A stretch of DNA of 64,000 nucleotides from Myxococcota bacterium (GTDB lineage: Bacteria > Myxococcota_A > UBA9160 > SZUA-336), in NCBI GenBank assembly GCA_965247115.1, contig CBDFGR010000003.1, forward strand, positions 1,216,001 to 1,280,000, read 5' to 3'. The translations under genes were made by a program, and so were the position numbers. Of this stretch, positions 56,974 to 64,000 are shown piece after piece. How positions within the stretch are numbered: position 1 is the first letter of the stretch; each line of letters begins with the position of its first letter. The notes beneath the pieces were generated by a model, which saw nothing but the letters and a program-made list of their open reading frames with translations, was not told the DNA's origin and did not search any database.

Positions 56974-57533
56974 CGCTCGCGCCCCGACCAGGCGGTCTCG
57001 CCCTCACCCGCCCGGTGGTTCGCTGTGCGCGCCATGACAAAGAGCAGGTCGGACAGACGATTCAGATAGCGGATCAGCAACGGAGCGACGGCTTCGCGAG
57101 CGGCCAGCGCGATCACCTGCCGTTCGGCACGCCGACAAACCGTTCGAGCCAGGTGCAGCGTGGCCGCAGCTCGCGTTCCGCCCGGCAGGATGAACTGACG
57201 CAGGGGCGTGAGCTCCGTCTCCATCTGGTCGATCCAGCGCTCCAGCTGCTCGACCTCCGCTTCGGCCACCCGGGGCAATCCCTTGCCCTTCCCCTCCAGC
57301 GCCTCGACATCTGGGATCGCGAGCTCTCCCCCCAGATCGAAGAGCGAGGATTGAATGGTCAACAGCCACCCACTCAGATCCTGCTCCTCGAGCTCCGCCC
57401 GCGCCGATCCCACCGCCGCGTTCAACTCGTCGACCTCACCGTAAGCGGCGACACGGGCCGAGTCCTTACGCACACGCTGGCCTCCGAAGAGCCCCGTCTC
57501 GCCACCGTCACCGGCCCGCGTGTAGACCTTCAC
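56970..57533 (-). CDS. pduO: PduO-type cob(I)alamin adenosyltransferase
   Basis: KVYTR.GD.G.T, YG.VDELN, FILPGG, R.VCRRAER, YLNRLSD. Confidence 0.93.
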   Translation of the reverse strand: MKVYTRAGDGGETGLFGGQRVRKDSARVAAYGEVDELNAAVGSARAELEEQDLSGWLLTIQSSLFDLGGELAIPDVEALEGKGKGLPRVAEAEVEQLERWIDQMETELTPLRQFILPGGTRAAATLHLARTVCRRAERQVIALAAREAVAPLLIRYLNRLSDLLFVMARTANHRAGEGETAWSGRER

Positions 57534-57548
57534 GCCGCCGAGTATAGA

Positions 57549-57680
57549 CTTGTGGGACCCGGCCGCGGGCGTCCGCGGCCACCCACCTCCGCTCAGGCCC
57601 AGGGCCTTCGCTGCGCGCGCCGCGTCCGCAGCGCTTGCATTCTTGTGGGACCCGGCCGCGGGCGTCCGCGGCCACCCACT
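57549..57680 (+). repeat. Tandem copies of repeat module A
   Basis: CTTGTGGGACCCGGCCGCGGGCGTCCGCGGCCACCCAC at 57549 and 57642. Confidence 0.85.
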
Positions 57681-57795
57681 CTTCGTTCGGCTTCGTCTCG
57701 CTGCGCGTCCCGCCTACGGCGGGACTTGCGGGCGCCACGACCCAAGTGGGGTCAGAGGGGTTGATGAGTCGGTGCCGATTTCCGATGGATAGGGG

Positions 57796-58089
57796 GTGGG
57801 TAGAGAATCGACCGCTCCGGTGGCTGGAACCTGCGACAGGTGCGGCTGCGCGCTCGGCTACCACGCCAGCTACCGGGCTGATGCCTGGTATTGCTGCGGC
57901 GCCTGCGCCGGGAGTGATCGCTGCGCGTGCGGCTGCAAGCCCGAATTCGCGCGCGAGGCTCCGACCGATGCCTACGTGCCGACGCGCAGGATGTTCGCCT
58001 CGCGGCACTCCGACGAACTGAAGACCAGACAGGACGACGAGCAGCGCTCCCGTGCCTTCCCCTTCGCAGATCGCAGGCGCGGCCGGTAG
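57796..58089 (+). CDS. Bacterial metallothionein-like Cys-rich protein
   Basis: CDRCGC...YCCGAC....RCACGC (9 Cys) resembling the SmtA/BmtA pattern, plus a charged C-terminal tail. Confidence 0.7.
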   Translation: MGRESTAPVAGTCDRCGCALGYHASYRADAWYCCGACAGSDRCACGCKPEFAREAPTDAYVPTRRMFASRHSDELKTRQDDEQRSRAFPFADRRRGR

Positions 58090-58617
58090 GTCTTGTGGGA
58101 CCCGGCCGCGGGCCTGTCTTGCGGGACCCTGCGCGCGAGCGGTCGCGCGCCACCCGCTCTCCGCTCAGGGCTTCGCCCTTCGCTGCGCGCACCGCGTTCG
58201 CGGCGCTTGCAGGTTGCCAAGCCCCGTAGGAGGTTGCCGGTGCTTCACGGAATCAGAACTTGGGGACGGTCCTTAATCCGAACTTGTTTGGCTGGAGTCG
58301 GAACTTCTAGTCATTGAGGTGGGACTCTCGGGCACATTCGTTCATCTAGGCGTCGCCGCGGTCGTCTCACGCGGAATAAGTTCGGATTAAGGACCGTCCC
58401 CAAGTTCGGTTTCTTGCTCCGAGAACAAGTTCGGATTAAGGACCGTCCCTAAGTTCAGTTCTGACGGCCGTCGCAGGTGCAGATTCCGTGGAGCACCGGC
58501 AACCTCCTACGGGGCTTGGCAACCTGCAAGCGCCGCGCTAGCGGCGCGCGCAGCGAAGGCCAAAGGCCTGAGCGGAGGTGGGTGGCCGCGGCCGCCCGCG
58601 GCCGGGTCCCACAAGAC
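58090..58617. repeat. About 530-bp palindromic composite repeat (REPIN/MITE-like)
   Basis: Module A arms inverted at both ends, enclosing three module B copies (one forward, two reverse). Confidence 0.88.
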
Positions 58618-59631
58618 TCAAAGCCTGGTCAGCCCGGGTGCGGCCAGCTCGTAGCCGGATAGAAGCTCGAGGCGCGCGCGGAGTGCACCCGAGCCGATGA
58701 GCTCTCCCAGCGCCTGAATTCCTGGCAGCTCTGTGAAGGGCTCGCCGATCCAGAGCTCCACACGGTGTTCCTCGAGCGGCTCGAAGGTGAGCTCGTAGGC
58801 ACGGGCGCAGGGCTCGATTGTGAGCGCGCCGTCCACTTCGCCCAGCGATGCGCGCCTGGCGGCGTCGATGTGGCTCGCGGCGATCGGCCCGCGCACGCGC
58901 GCGCTCGATCCCACCCGGCGCAGGGCCCGCGAGAGTGCCTTCTGGGCAGAGGCGCCCGGATCGCGCTGGGCGAGGCGGATCGACGCGTCCACCAGCGCCT
59001 CGAGGCGCAGATCGCTCGACGCAGCCGACGCGATACCCACGCGCCAGCGCGCCAGCGCGTAGCCGGCCGTGTCCGACGGCCGGCTACGCAGGTCGCTGGA
59101 ACGTCCGTGAACCAGTGCCGCATGGCAGCGCCCCGCCGCGAGAGCCCGGCGGGCAGCAGCGGTGGTGGCGTGAACGGGGACGGCGCGGTGACCGCGGGTC
59201 GGTAGCAGATCCGCGATCAGACCGAGAGCCGGGTCGCAGCCCGCGAGCACCACTCCGCGCGTCTCGGAGCCGGGATGGATCTGGACGCGACCATCCCGCA
59301 ACACCGCGTCGGGTGCCCGAAATAGCTCGGCTCCCGCGCCGCGATCGGCGAGCGCCGCGTACACGAGACGATCGCCCACCCGACCGACGCGCAGGGCAGC
59401 CCCGTCGCGAGCCGGAGCAACCACGGGTACCGCCTCGACCGGGGCACTGGGGAAGAGCTCCTCCAGGGGAACATCGAGCGCCCGGGCCAGGGCTAGAGCG
59501 GTTGTCACACTGGGAACGTGACGTCCGCCCTCGATGGCGGAGACTTGGGCCCGACTCACTCCGGCCTCGCGCGCGAGCTCGGCCTGCGTCCAGCTCGTGG
59601 CGACGCGGCGTTCGCGCACGGCACTCGTCAT
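58618..59631 (-). CDS. XRE-HTH + PBP-like (molybdate-binding type) transcriptional regulator
   Basis: WTQAELA..AGVSR..VS.IE.G HTH; AGCDPA..L PBP domain; divergent from modABC. Confidence 0.85.
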   Translation of the reverse strand: MTSAVRERRVATSWTQAELAREAGVSRAQVSAIEGGRHVPSVTTALALARALDVPLEELFPSAPVEAVPVVAPARDGAALRVGRVGDRLVYAALADRGAGAELFRAPDAVLRDGRVQIHPGSETRGVVLAGCDPALGLIADLLPTRGHRAVPVHATTAAARRALAAGRCHAALVHGRSSDLRSRPSDTAGYALARWRVGIASAASSDLRLEALVDASIRLAQRDPGASAQKALSRALRRVGSSARVRGPIAASHIDAARRASLGEVDGALTIEPCARAYELTFEPLEEHRVELWIGEPFTELPGIQALGELIGSGALRARLELLSGYELAAPGLTRL

Positions 59632-59671
59632 ACAAGTATCCTATCGTTCTGACAGAATACCATCAATCCGA

Positions 59672-60451
59672 ATGAGCTGTTCGAACGCTACAGTCGGCCA
59701 GTGGGGGCGTGCGCTCAGCGGGGCCCTGCTGGCGCTCCAGCTGGGCTGCCCACGAAGCGACGTGCCTCGTACGGACGTGGTGGTGCTGGCGGCCGCCTCG
59801 CTGAGCGACGTGTTCCGCGAGATCGGGCGAGCGTTCGAAGCCGCTCACGGCGGCCGCGTGCTGCTCAGCTTCGCGGGCTCACAGACCGTTGCCACGCAGG
59901 TCCGCGAAGGGATCCCCGCGGATGTCATCGCGGTTGCCGACCCGGCCATCGTGGCCGAGCTCGTCGCGCAGGACCTGGTGGAAGGGCCACGCTACTTCGC
60001 GAGCACGAGGCTCGTCTGGGCGCTGCGCCGCGCCCCTGACGGATCGTCGCTTGGGGATCCCGAGGATCTCCCGGACTCCGACTGGGCACTCGTCCTGGCG
60101 GTCCCCGAGGTGCCGGCCGGAGCCTACGCGCGTCGGGCGCTGGACGCGCTCGATCTACGTACGGCGGCCGAAGCGCGCCTGGTGTCTCATGAGCTCGACG
60201 TACGCGGGGTGATCGCCAAGCTGCGCCTGGCAGGGGCTGACCTCGGCATGGTCTACGCAACGGATGTGAGCCCGGAAGATCCAGAGCTCGAGCTGGTGGA
60301 GCTTCCGCAGCGCGCACAGATCATCGCCCGCTATCCCGCCGCGATGGTGCGCGGAATCCGGAATCCGGACGGCGCAGAGGCCTTCCTCGAGTTTCTCCAG
60401 GGCCCCGAGACGGGCGCGATCCTGCGACGCGCAGGCTTCGGGCCGCCATGA
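59672..60451 (+). CDS. modA: Molybdate ABC transporter substrate-binding lipoprotein
   Basis: Lipobox LQLGC, AAASL, FAGS, VPAG.YA, G.VY.TD. Confidence 0.9.
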   Translation: MSCSNATVGQWGRALSGALLALQLGCPRSDVPRTDVVVLAAASLSDVFREIGRAFEAAHGGRVLLSFAGSQTVATQVREGIPADVIAVADPAIVAELVAQDLVEGPRYFASTRLVWALRRAPDGSSLGDPEDLPDSDWALVLAVPEVPAGAYARRALDALDLRTAAEARLVSHELDVRGVIAKLRLAGADLGMVYATDVSPEDPELELVELPQRAQIIARYPAAMVRGIRNPDGAEAFLEFLQGPETGAILRRAGFGPP

Positions 60452-61230
60452 CATTGCGCGCCCTCCAGCTCGCCGCGCTCTACCTCGCGGCAGGCCTGGG
60501 TCTCGTGCTGACCCTGACGCCCCTGGTCGGCCTCTCGGCCCGAGCACCCTGGGCCTCTGCGTTGGAGCTACTGCAGCTGCCGGAAATCCGCTCTGCGATC
60601 TGGCTCTCCCTCACCGTCTCGCTGGCGGCTGTTGCCGCATCGCTCCTGTTCGGCTTTCCGCTGGCCTGGCTGCTCGCACGCACGAACCTGCCGGGCAAGC
60701 GCTGGCTGAGAACCTTGCTGACGTTGCCGCTGGTGCTTCCGCCGGTCGTCGCCGGAGTGGCGCTGCTCGCGGCTTTTGGTCGCTACGGATTGCTCGGCGG
60801 GTCACTCGACGCCCTCGGAATCCGGCTGCCGTTCTCAACGCTGGCCGCGGTCATCGCGGCGACCTTCGTCTCGGCTCCCCTGCTCGTGACCAGCCTCGAG
60901 AGCGCTCTCATCCAGGCCGAGGAACGCCTGGAGCAGGTCGCTGCCACGCTCGGCGCCTCCCCCTGGCGCAGCTTCTGGACCGTCCTCATGCCGTCGATCC
61001 GTCCCGCGCTTCTCGCGGGCCTGGCCCTCTGCTGGGCTCGAGCGCTCGGGGAGTTCGGTGCCACAATCACGTTTGCGGGCAACCTGGAAGGGCGCACGCA
61101 GACCCTGCCCCTCGCGATCTACCAGCTGCTGCAGAGCCGACCGCAAGCCGCCCTCCTGCTGGGCGCGCTGCTGCTCGGGGTGTCGGTGCTCGTGCTGGCT
61201 GCCCTGCGCGGGCAGCGGCCGGCCGCGTGA
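60448..61230 (+). CDS. modB: Molybdate ABC transporter permease
   Basis: LPLVLPPVVAG, WARALGEFGATITFAGN.EG.TQTLPLAIY. Confidence 0.92.
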   Translation: MTLRALQLAALYLAAGLGLVLTLTPLVGLSARAPWASALELLQLPEIRSAIWLSLTVSLAAVAASLLFGFPLAWLLARTNLPGKRWLRTLLTLPLVLPPVVAGVALLAAFGRYGLLGGSLDALGIRLPFSTLAAVIAATFVSAPLLVTSLESALIQAEERLEQVAATLGASPWRSFWTVLMPSIRPALLAGLALCWARALGEFGATITFAGNLEGRTQTLPLAIYQLLQSRPQAALLLGALLLGVSVLVLAALRGQRPAA

Positions 61231-62297
61231 GTCTCGAAGCTCGAGTGCAACTCTCGAGGGGCGCGTTCACGCTCGACGTCGCCCTTTCGGCCGCGCCGGG
61301 CGAGACGATCGGGCTGCTCGGTCCGAACGGCTCGGGGAAATCGACCCTGGTGGAAGCGCTCGCGGGGCTTCTCACGCTCGAGTCGGGCGAGATCACCCTC
61401 GACGGTAACGCAATCGAGCGCCCAGCGGACAGGATTCGCCTGGCTCCACAAGAGCGCCCCTTCGGCGTCATGTTTCAGGGCCTCTGGTTGTTTCCGCACC
61501 TGGACGTGCTCGAGAACGTAGCCTTCGGTCCGCGCGCGCGCGGCGTGAGTCGGCGCGACGCCCGAAGCCGAGCCGAGCAACTCATGGCGCGGCTCGAGCT
61601 GTCCGCGCTTGCGGCGCGCAAGCCCTCCGAGCTATCCGGTGGCGAGGCACAGCGGGTTGCGCTCGCACGCGCGCTGGCAGTGGAGCCGCGCGTCCTGCTG
61701 CTCGACGAGCCCCTCTCCGCGCTCGACCTGGAGGCCCGCCCGCGCACGCGCAGCCTGCTGCAGCAAATGTTGCAGGAGTTTGACGGGGTGCGTCTCGTAA
61801 TCACGCACGATCCGCTCGAGGCGCTGCTCTTCGCCGACCGCCTCGTCATCCTCGAGGATGGGCGCATCGTACAGTCCGGCCCGGCGGACCTCGTACGCCG
61901 ACGTCCGCTCACTCCGTACGTTGCCGGCCTGAGCGGAGTGACGCTGCTCCGGGGTCGGCTGCGCCGCGTGAATGGCACTCCGGAGCTCGATGTCGATGGC
62001 CTTCGGCTCTGCGTTCCGCACCTGGACGTCGCTGCGGCCAGCGCAGTCCTGGCCACCGTACCGCCCGAGGCGGTTCGGCTCACGACGGCCAAGCCGGGGT
62101 CGGACGGAGGCGTGCTGCTCGCCGGGGAGATCGAGGGCATCGAGCTCGCCTCCCATCGCAGTCTCGTACGTCTGCAGACGCGACCACGGCTGTGCGCGGC
62201 GGTGCCGACCGAGTCCGTCTCCCGACAGGGTTTGAGACCGGGACTCCGGGTCTGGGCCAGCATCGACACGAGCGCCATCGACGTCTATTCCAGCTGA
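61227..62297 (+). CDS. modC: Molybdate ABC transporter ATP-binding protein with TOBE domain
   Basis: GPNGSGKST, LSGGEAQR, LDEP, C-terminal TOBE. Confidence 0.88.
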   Translation: MSLEARVQLSRGAFTLDVALSAAPGETIGLLGPNGSGKSTLVEALAGLLTLESGEITLDGNAIERPADRIRLAPQERPFGVMFQGLWLFPHLDVLENVAFGPRARGVSRRDARSRAEQLMARLELSALAARKPSELSGGEAQRVALARALAVEPRVLLLDEPLSALDLEARPRTRSLLQQMLQEFDGVRLVITHDPLEALLFADRLVILEDGRIVQSGPADLVRRRPLTPYVAGLSGVTLLRGRLRRVNGTPELDVDGLRLCVPHLDVAAASAVLATVPPEAVRLTTAKPGSDGGVLLAGEIEGIELASHRSLVRLQTRPRLCAAVPTESVSRQGLRPGLRVWASIDTSAIDVYSS

Positions 62298-62447
62298 CAG
62301 AATTGTTGCGTTAGCCCCCCGATCGACCTGTGTAGTTCTGGAAACGTTTGACAACTCTGTGGGGCTTCGGGTGGAATACCCGCGAGTGTGCAGGGCTGCT
62401 CGCTCGACGTCACGTCTCATCATCCGAGGGCGGAGGGAATTGACCGA

Positions 62448-63146
62448 ATGGAGCTTTTTACTCAAGACGGCTGGCTGTTCTTGCTCAGGTGGGTCCACTT
62501 CCTAGCGGGCATCACCTGGATCGGCGTTCTCTACTACTTCAACTTCATCCAGACTCCGTTCTTCGGCACCGACCTCGGGGGACAAGCGCGCGGGGCGATG
62601 ATGCGGGGCCTCGTGCCGAACGCACTCTGGTGGTTCCGCTGGGGGGCGATGTTCACGTTCGTGACCGGCTGGCTGATCGTGATCACCCATATGGTTACGG
62701 GCACCGCGGGCATGGCCTACTACACGCTGATCCTGACGGGCGGTCTGATGGGCACGCTCATGTGGTACAACGTCTGGTTCGTGATCTGGCCCATTCAGCG
62801 CGGCCTGATCGCGAACGCCGAGGCGACGGCGTCCGGTGGCGAGGCAGACGCGGCGCTTGCCGCGAGGGCTCCGATTGCCGCGCGCGCATCGCGCACCAAC
62901 ACCCTCTTCTCGATCCCCATGCTCTTCTTCATGGGATCCGCGCGGCATCTCGCGCTGGTCAGTCACGAGAGCCCGGCCTACGGGACCTACTGGATCGTGG
63001 CTCTCGTGCTGATCCTGCTCGTCGAGCTCAACGCCTTCGCGGGCACCGCGGCCACCCAGAAGCCACTCGGCAGCGTGTCGGGCACACTCTACTCGGGGTT
63101 CGGGCTCACGTTGGTCCTCTTCCTGGTGGGGTCGCGGCTGCTGTAA
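62448..63146 (+). CDS. PuuD/DUF989-like membrane protein (urate hydroxylase N-domain family)
   Basis: RW.H..AGITWIG..YYFNF, LWWFRW, GTLM.YNVW.VIWP.Q, ASR.NT..SIPML.FM. Confidence 0.8.
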   Translation: MELFTQDGWLFLLRWVHFLAGITWIGVLYYFNFIQTPFFGTDLGGQARGAMMRGLVPNALWWFRWGAMFTFVTGWLIVITHMVTGTAGMAYYTLILTGGLMGTLMWYNVWFVIWPIQRGLIANAEATASGGEADAALAARAPIAARASRTNTLFSIPMLFFMGSARHLALVSHESPAYGTYWIVALVLILLVELNAFAGTAATQKPLGSVSGTLYSGFGLTLVLFLVGSRLL

Positions 63147-63188
63147 AACCGTTGCCCGAGCGACGGCCGCGCGCAAGAAACGACAAGC

Positions 63189-63506
63189 TCAGGGCAGGGC
63201 GAGGTAAGCCGCGAGCGACTCGATCTGCGGCCTGAGGAAGGGCTGCGCCGGCATCAGGCCCGTATCCCGCTTGGGCTCGTAGCCCGGCGGGTACTCGGCC
63301 CGCATGATCCGAGCCTCGATCAGCTCCTGTGAGCTGCCTGCGATCGCGGGACCCAACACTCCCTCTCGCTTCGGATCGGAGTGGTGACAGGCGATGCAGT
63401 TCGCCATGTAGGCCCTGCGGCCTCTCTCGGTGAGATCCAGCGTTCCCTGATCCTGGCAGGCGAGAACGGTGAACGTGACCGCGATCGGGATCCATGCTCG
63501 ACTCAC
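63189..63506 (-). CDS. Monoheme cytochrome c lipoprotein
   Basis: VLAC lipobox, CIACH heme motif, GP, distal Met. Confidence 0.85.
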   Translation of the reverse strand: MSRAWIPIAVTFTVLACQDQGTLDLTERGRRAYMANCIACHHSDPKREGVLGPAIAGSSQELIEARIMRAEYPPGYEPKRDTGLMPAQPFLRPQIESLAAYLALP

Positions 63507-63574
63507 GCGCCGGCTCGCTCGCCCGAGCGCGCGAGACTAGCATCGGGGAAGACGCGTGTTTGCGAGGAGGAGAG

Positions 63575-63982
63575 ATGGAGAACCCGCTCGAAGAGGGAAC
63601 CCGGTTGCAGCTCGACTTCGACAAGCTCACCGCTGTTGCGGGCGCGAGCCGGCCCGTCGTCCCCGTCGTGCTGCAGAATGCCGACAGCGACGAGGTGCTC
63701 TTCGTCGCCTACGCGGACGCGGAGGCGCTGCGGGAGACCCTGCGCAGCCGGACGGCCGTGCTCTGGTCGACGTCTCGCGACGAGCTCTGGCACAAGGGGT
63801 CGTCCTCCGATGACGTCCTCGATCTGGTCGAGGTGCGCGTGAACTGCGAGCAAAACTCCCTCCTGTACCGTGTGCGGTTGCGCGGCGGTGCCTGCCATAC
63901 CCGGGACGAGACCGGCGCGACGCGGCGCTCCTGCTACTACCGCACCCTCGTCTCGGACGAGCAGCTGGACTTCCCGTCCTGA
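63575..63982 (+). CDS. hisI: Phosphoribosyl-AMP cyclohydrolase
   Basis: PVV.Q, WSTSR.ELW.KG.SS, NCEQN.LL, GACHT, SCYYR. Confidence 0.88.
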   Translation: MENPLEEGTRLQLDFDKLTAVAGASRPVVPVVLQNADSDEVLFVAYADAEALRETLRSRTAVLWSTSRDELWHKGSSSDDVLDLVEVRVNCEQNSLLYRVRLRGGACHTRDETGATRRSCYYRTLVSDEQLDFPS

Positions 63983-64000
63983 CTGTTATTCCTTGAGCCA

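Noticed and set aside
58257..58456. CRISPR array made of the 29-bp module B repeats
   Set aside because: Copies are in mixed orientation, irregularly spaced, dispersed in the window, and have no cas genes
57508..58662. Short ORFs with recurring peptides such as MWDPAAG or LVGPGRGR
   Set aside because: Translations of the non-coding repeat module A

Overview
GC-rich bacterial chromosome segment; gene content suggests a Myxococcota/deltaproteobacterium-like organism (inference only). Bases 1-3445 are the end of a prophage or integrative element (AAA_24/Sak4-like ATPase, DUF669, Cas4-like nuclease, tyrosine integrase) inserted beside tRNA-Leu(TAG). The most notable region is 16.1-26.4 kb: three minus-strand units, each with the same sigma-28/WhiG-like promoter (TAAAG-N16-CCGA) followed by a c-di-GMP-I (GEMM-I) riboswitch whose P1 stem covers the ribosome-binding site. 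Two units are tandem-duplicated pilX-pilY1-small exported protein cassettes. The third encodes an exported DUF4124-retropepsin-FN3-like protein, and its aptamer has an altered ligand pocket. An orphan motAB pair at 51.9 kb has the same promoter pattern. The window also holds a RAYT-like HUH transposase, a modular family of palindromic intergenic repeats that often start right after stop codons, an IS5-like element at an apparent deletion junction, an IS481 remnant, a cobalamin riboswitch with a BtuB-like receptor, ethylmalonyl-CoA mutase/meaB/pduO, a metallothionein-like protein, modABC and housekeeping genes (acnA, dinB, pyrE, hisI, bolA, RapA-like helicase). Product calls come from motif recognition by eye; no database searches were run.
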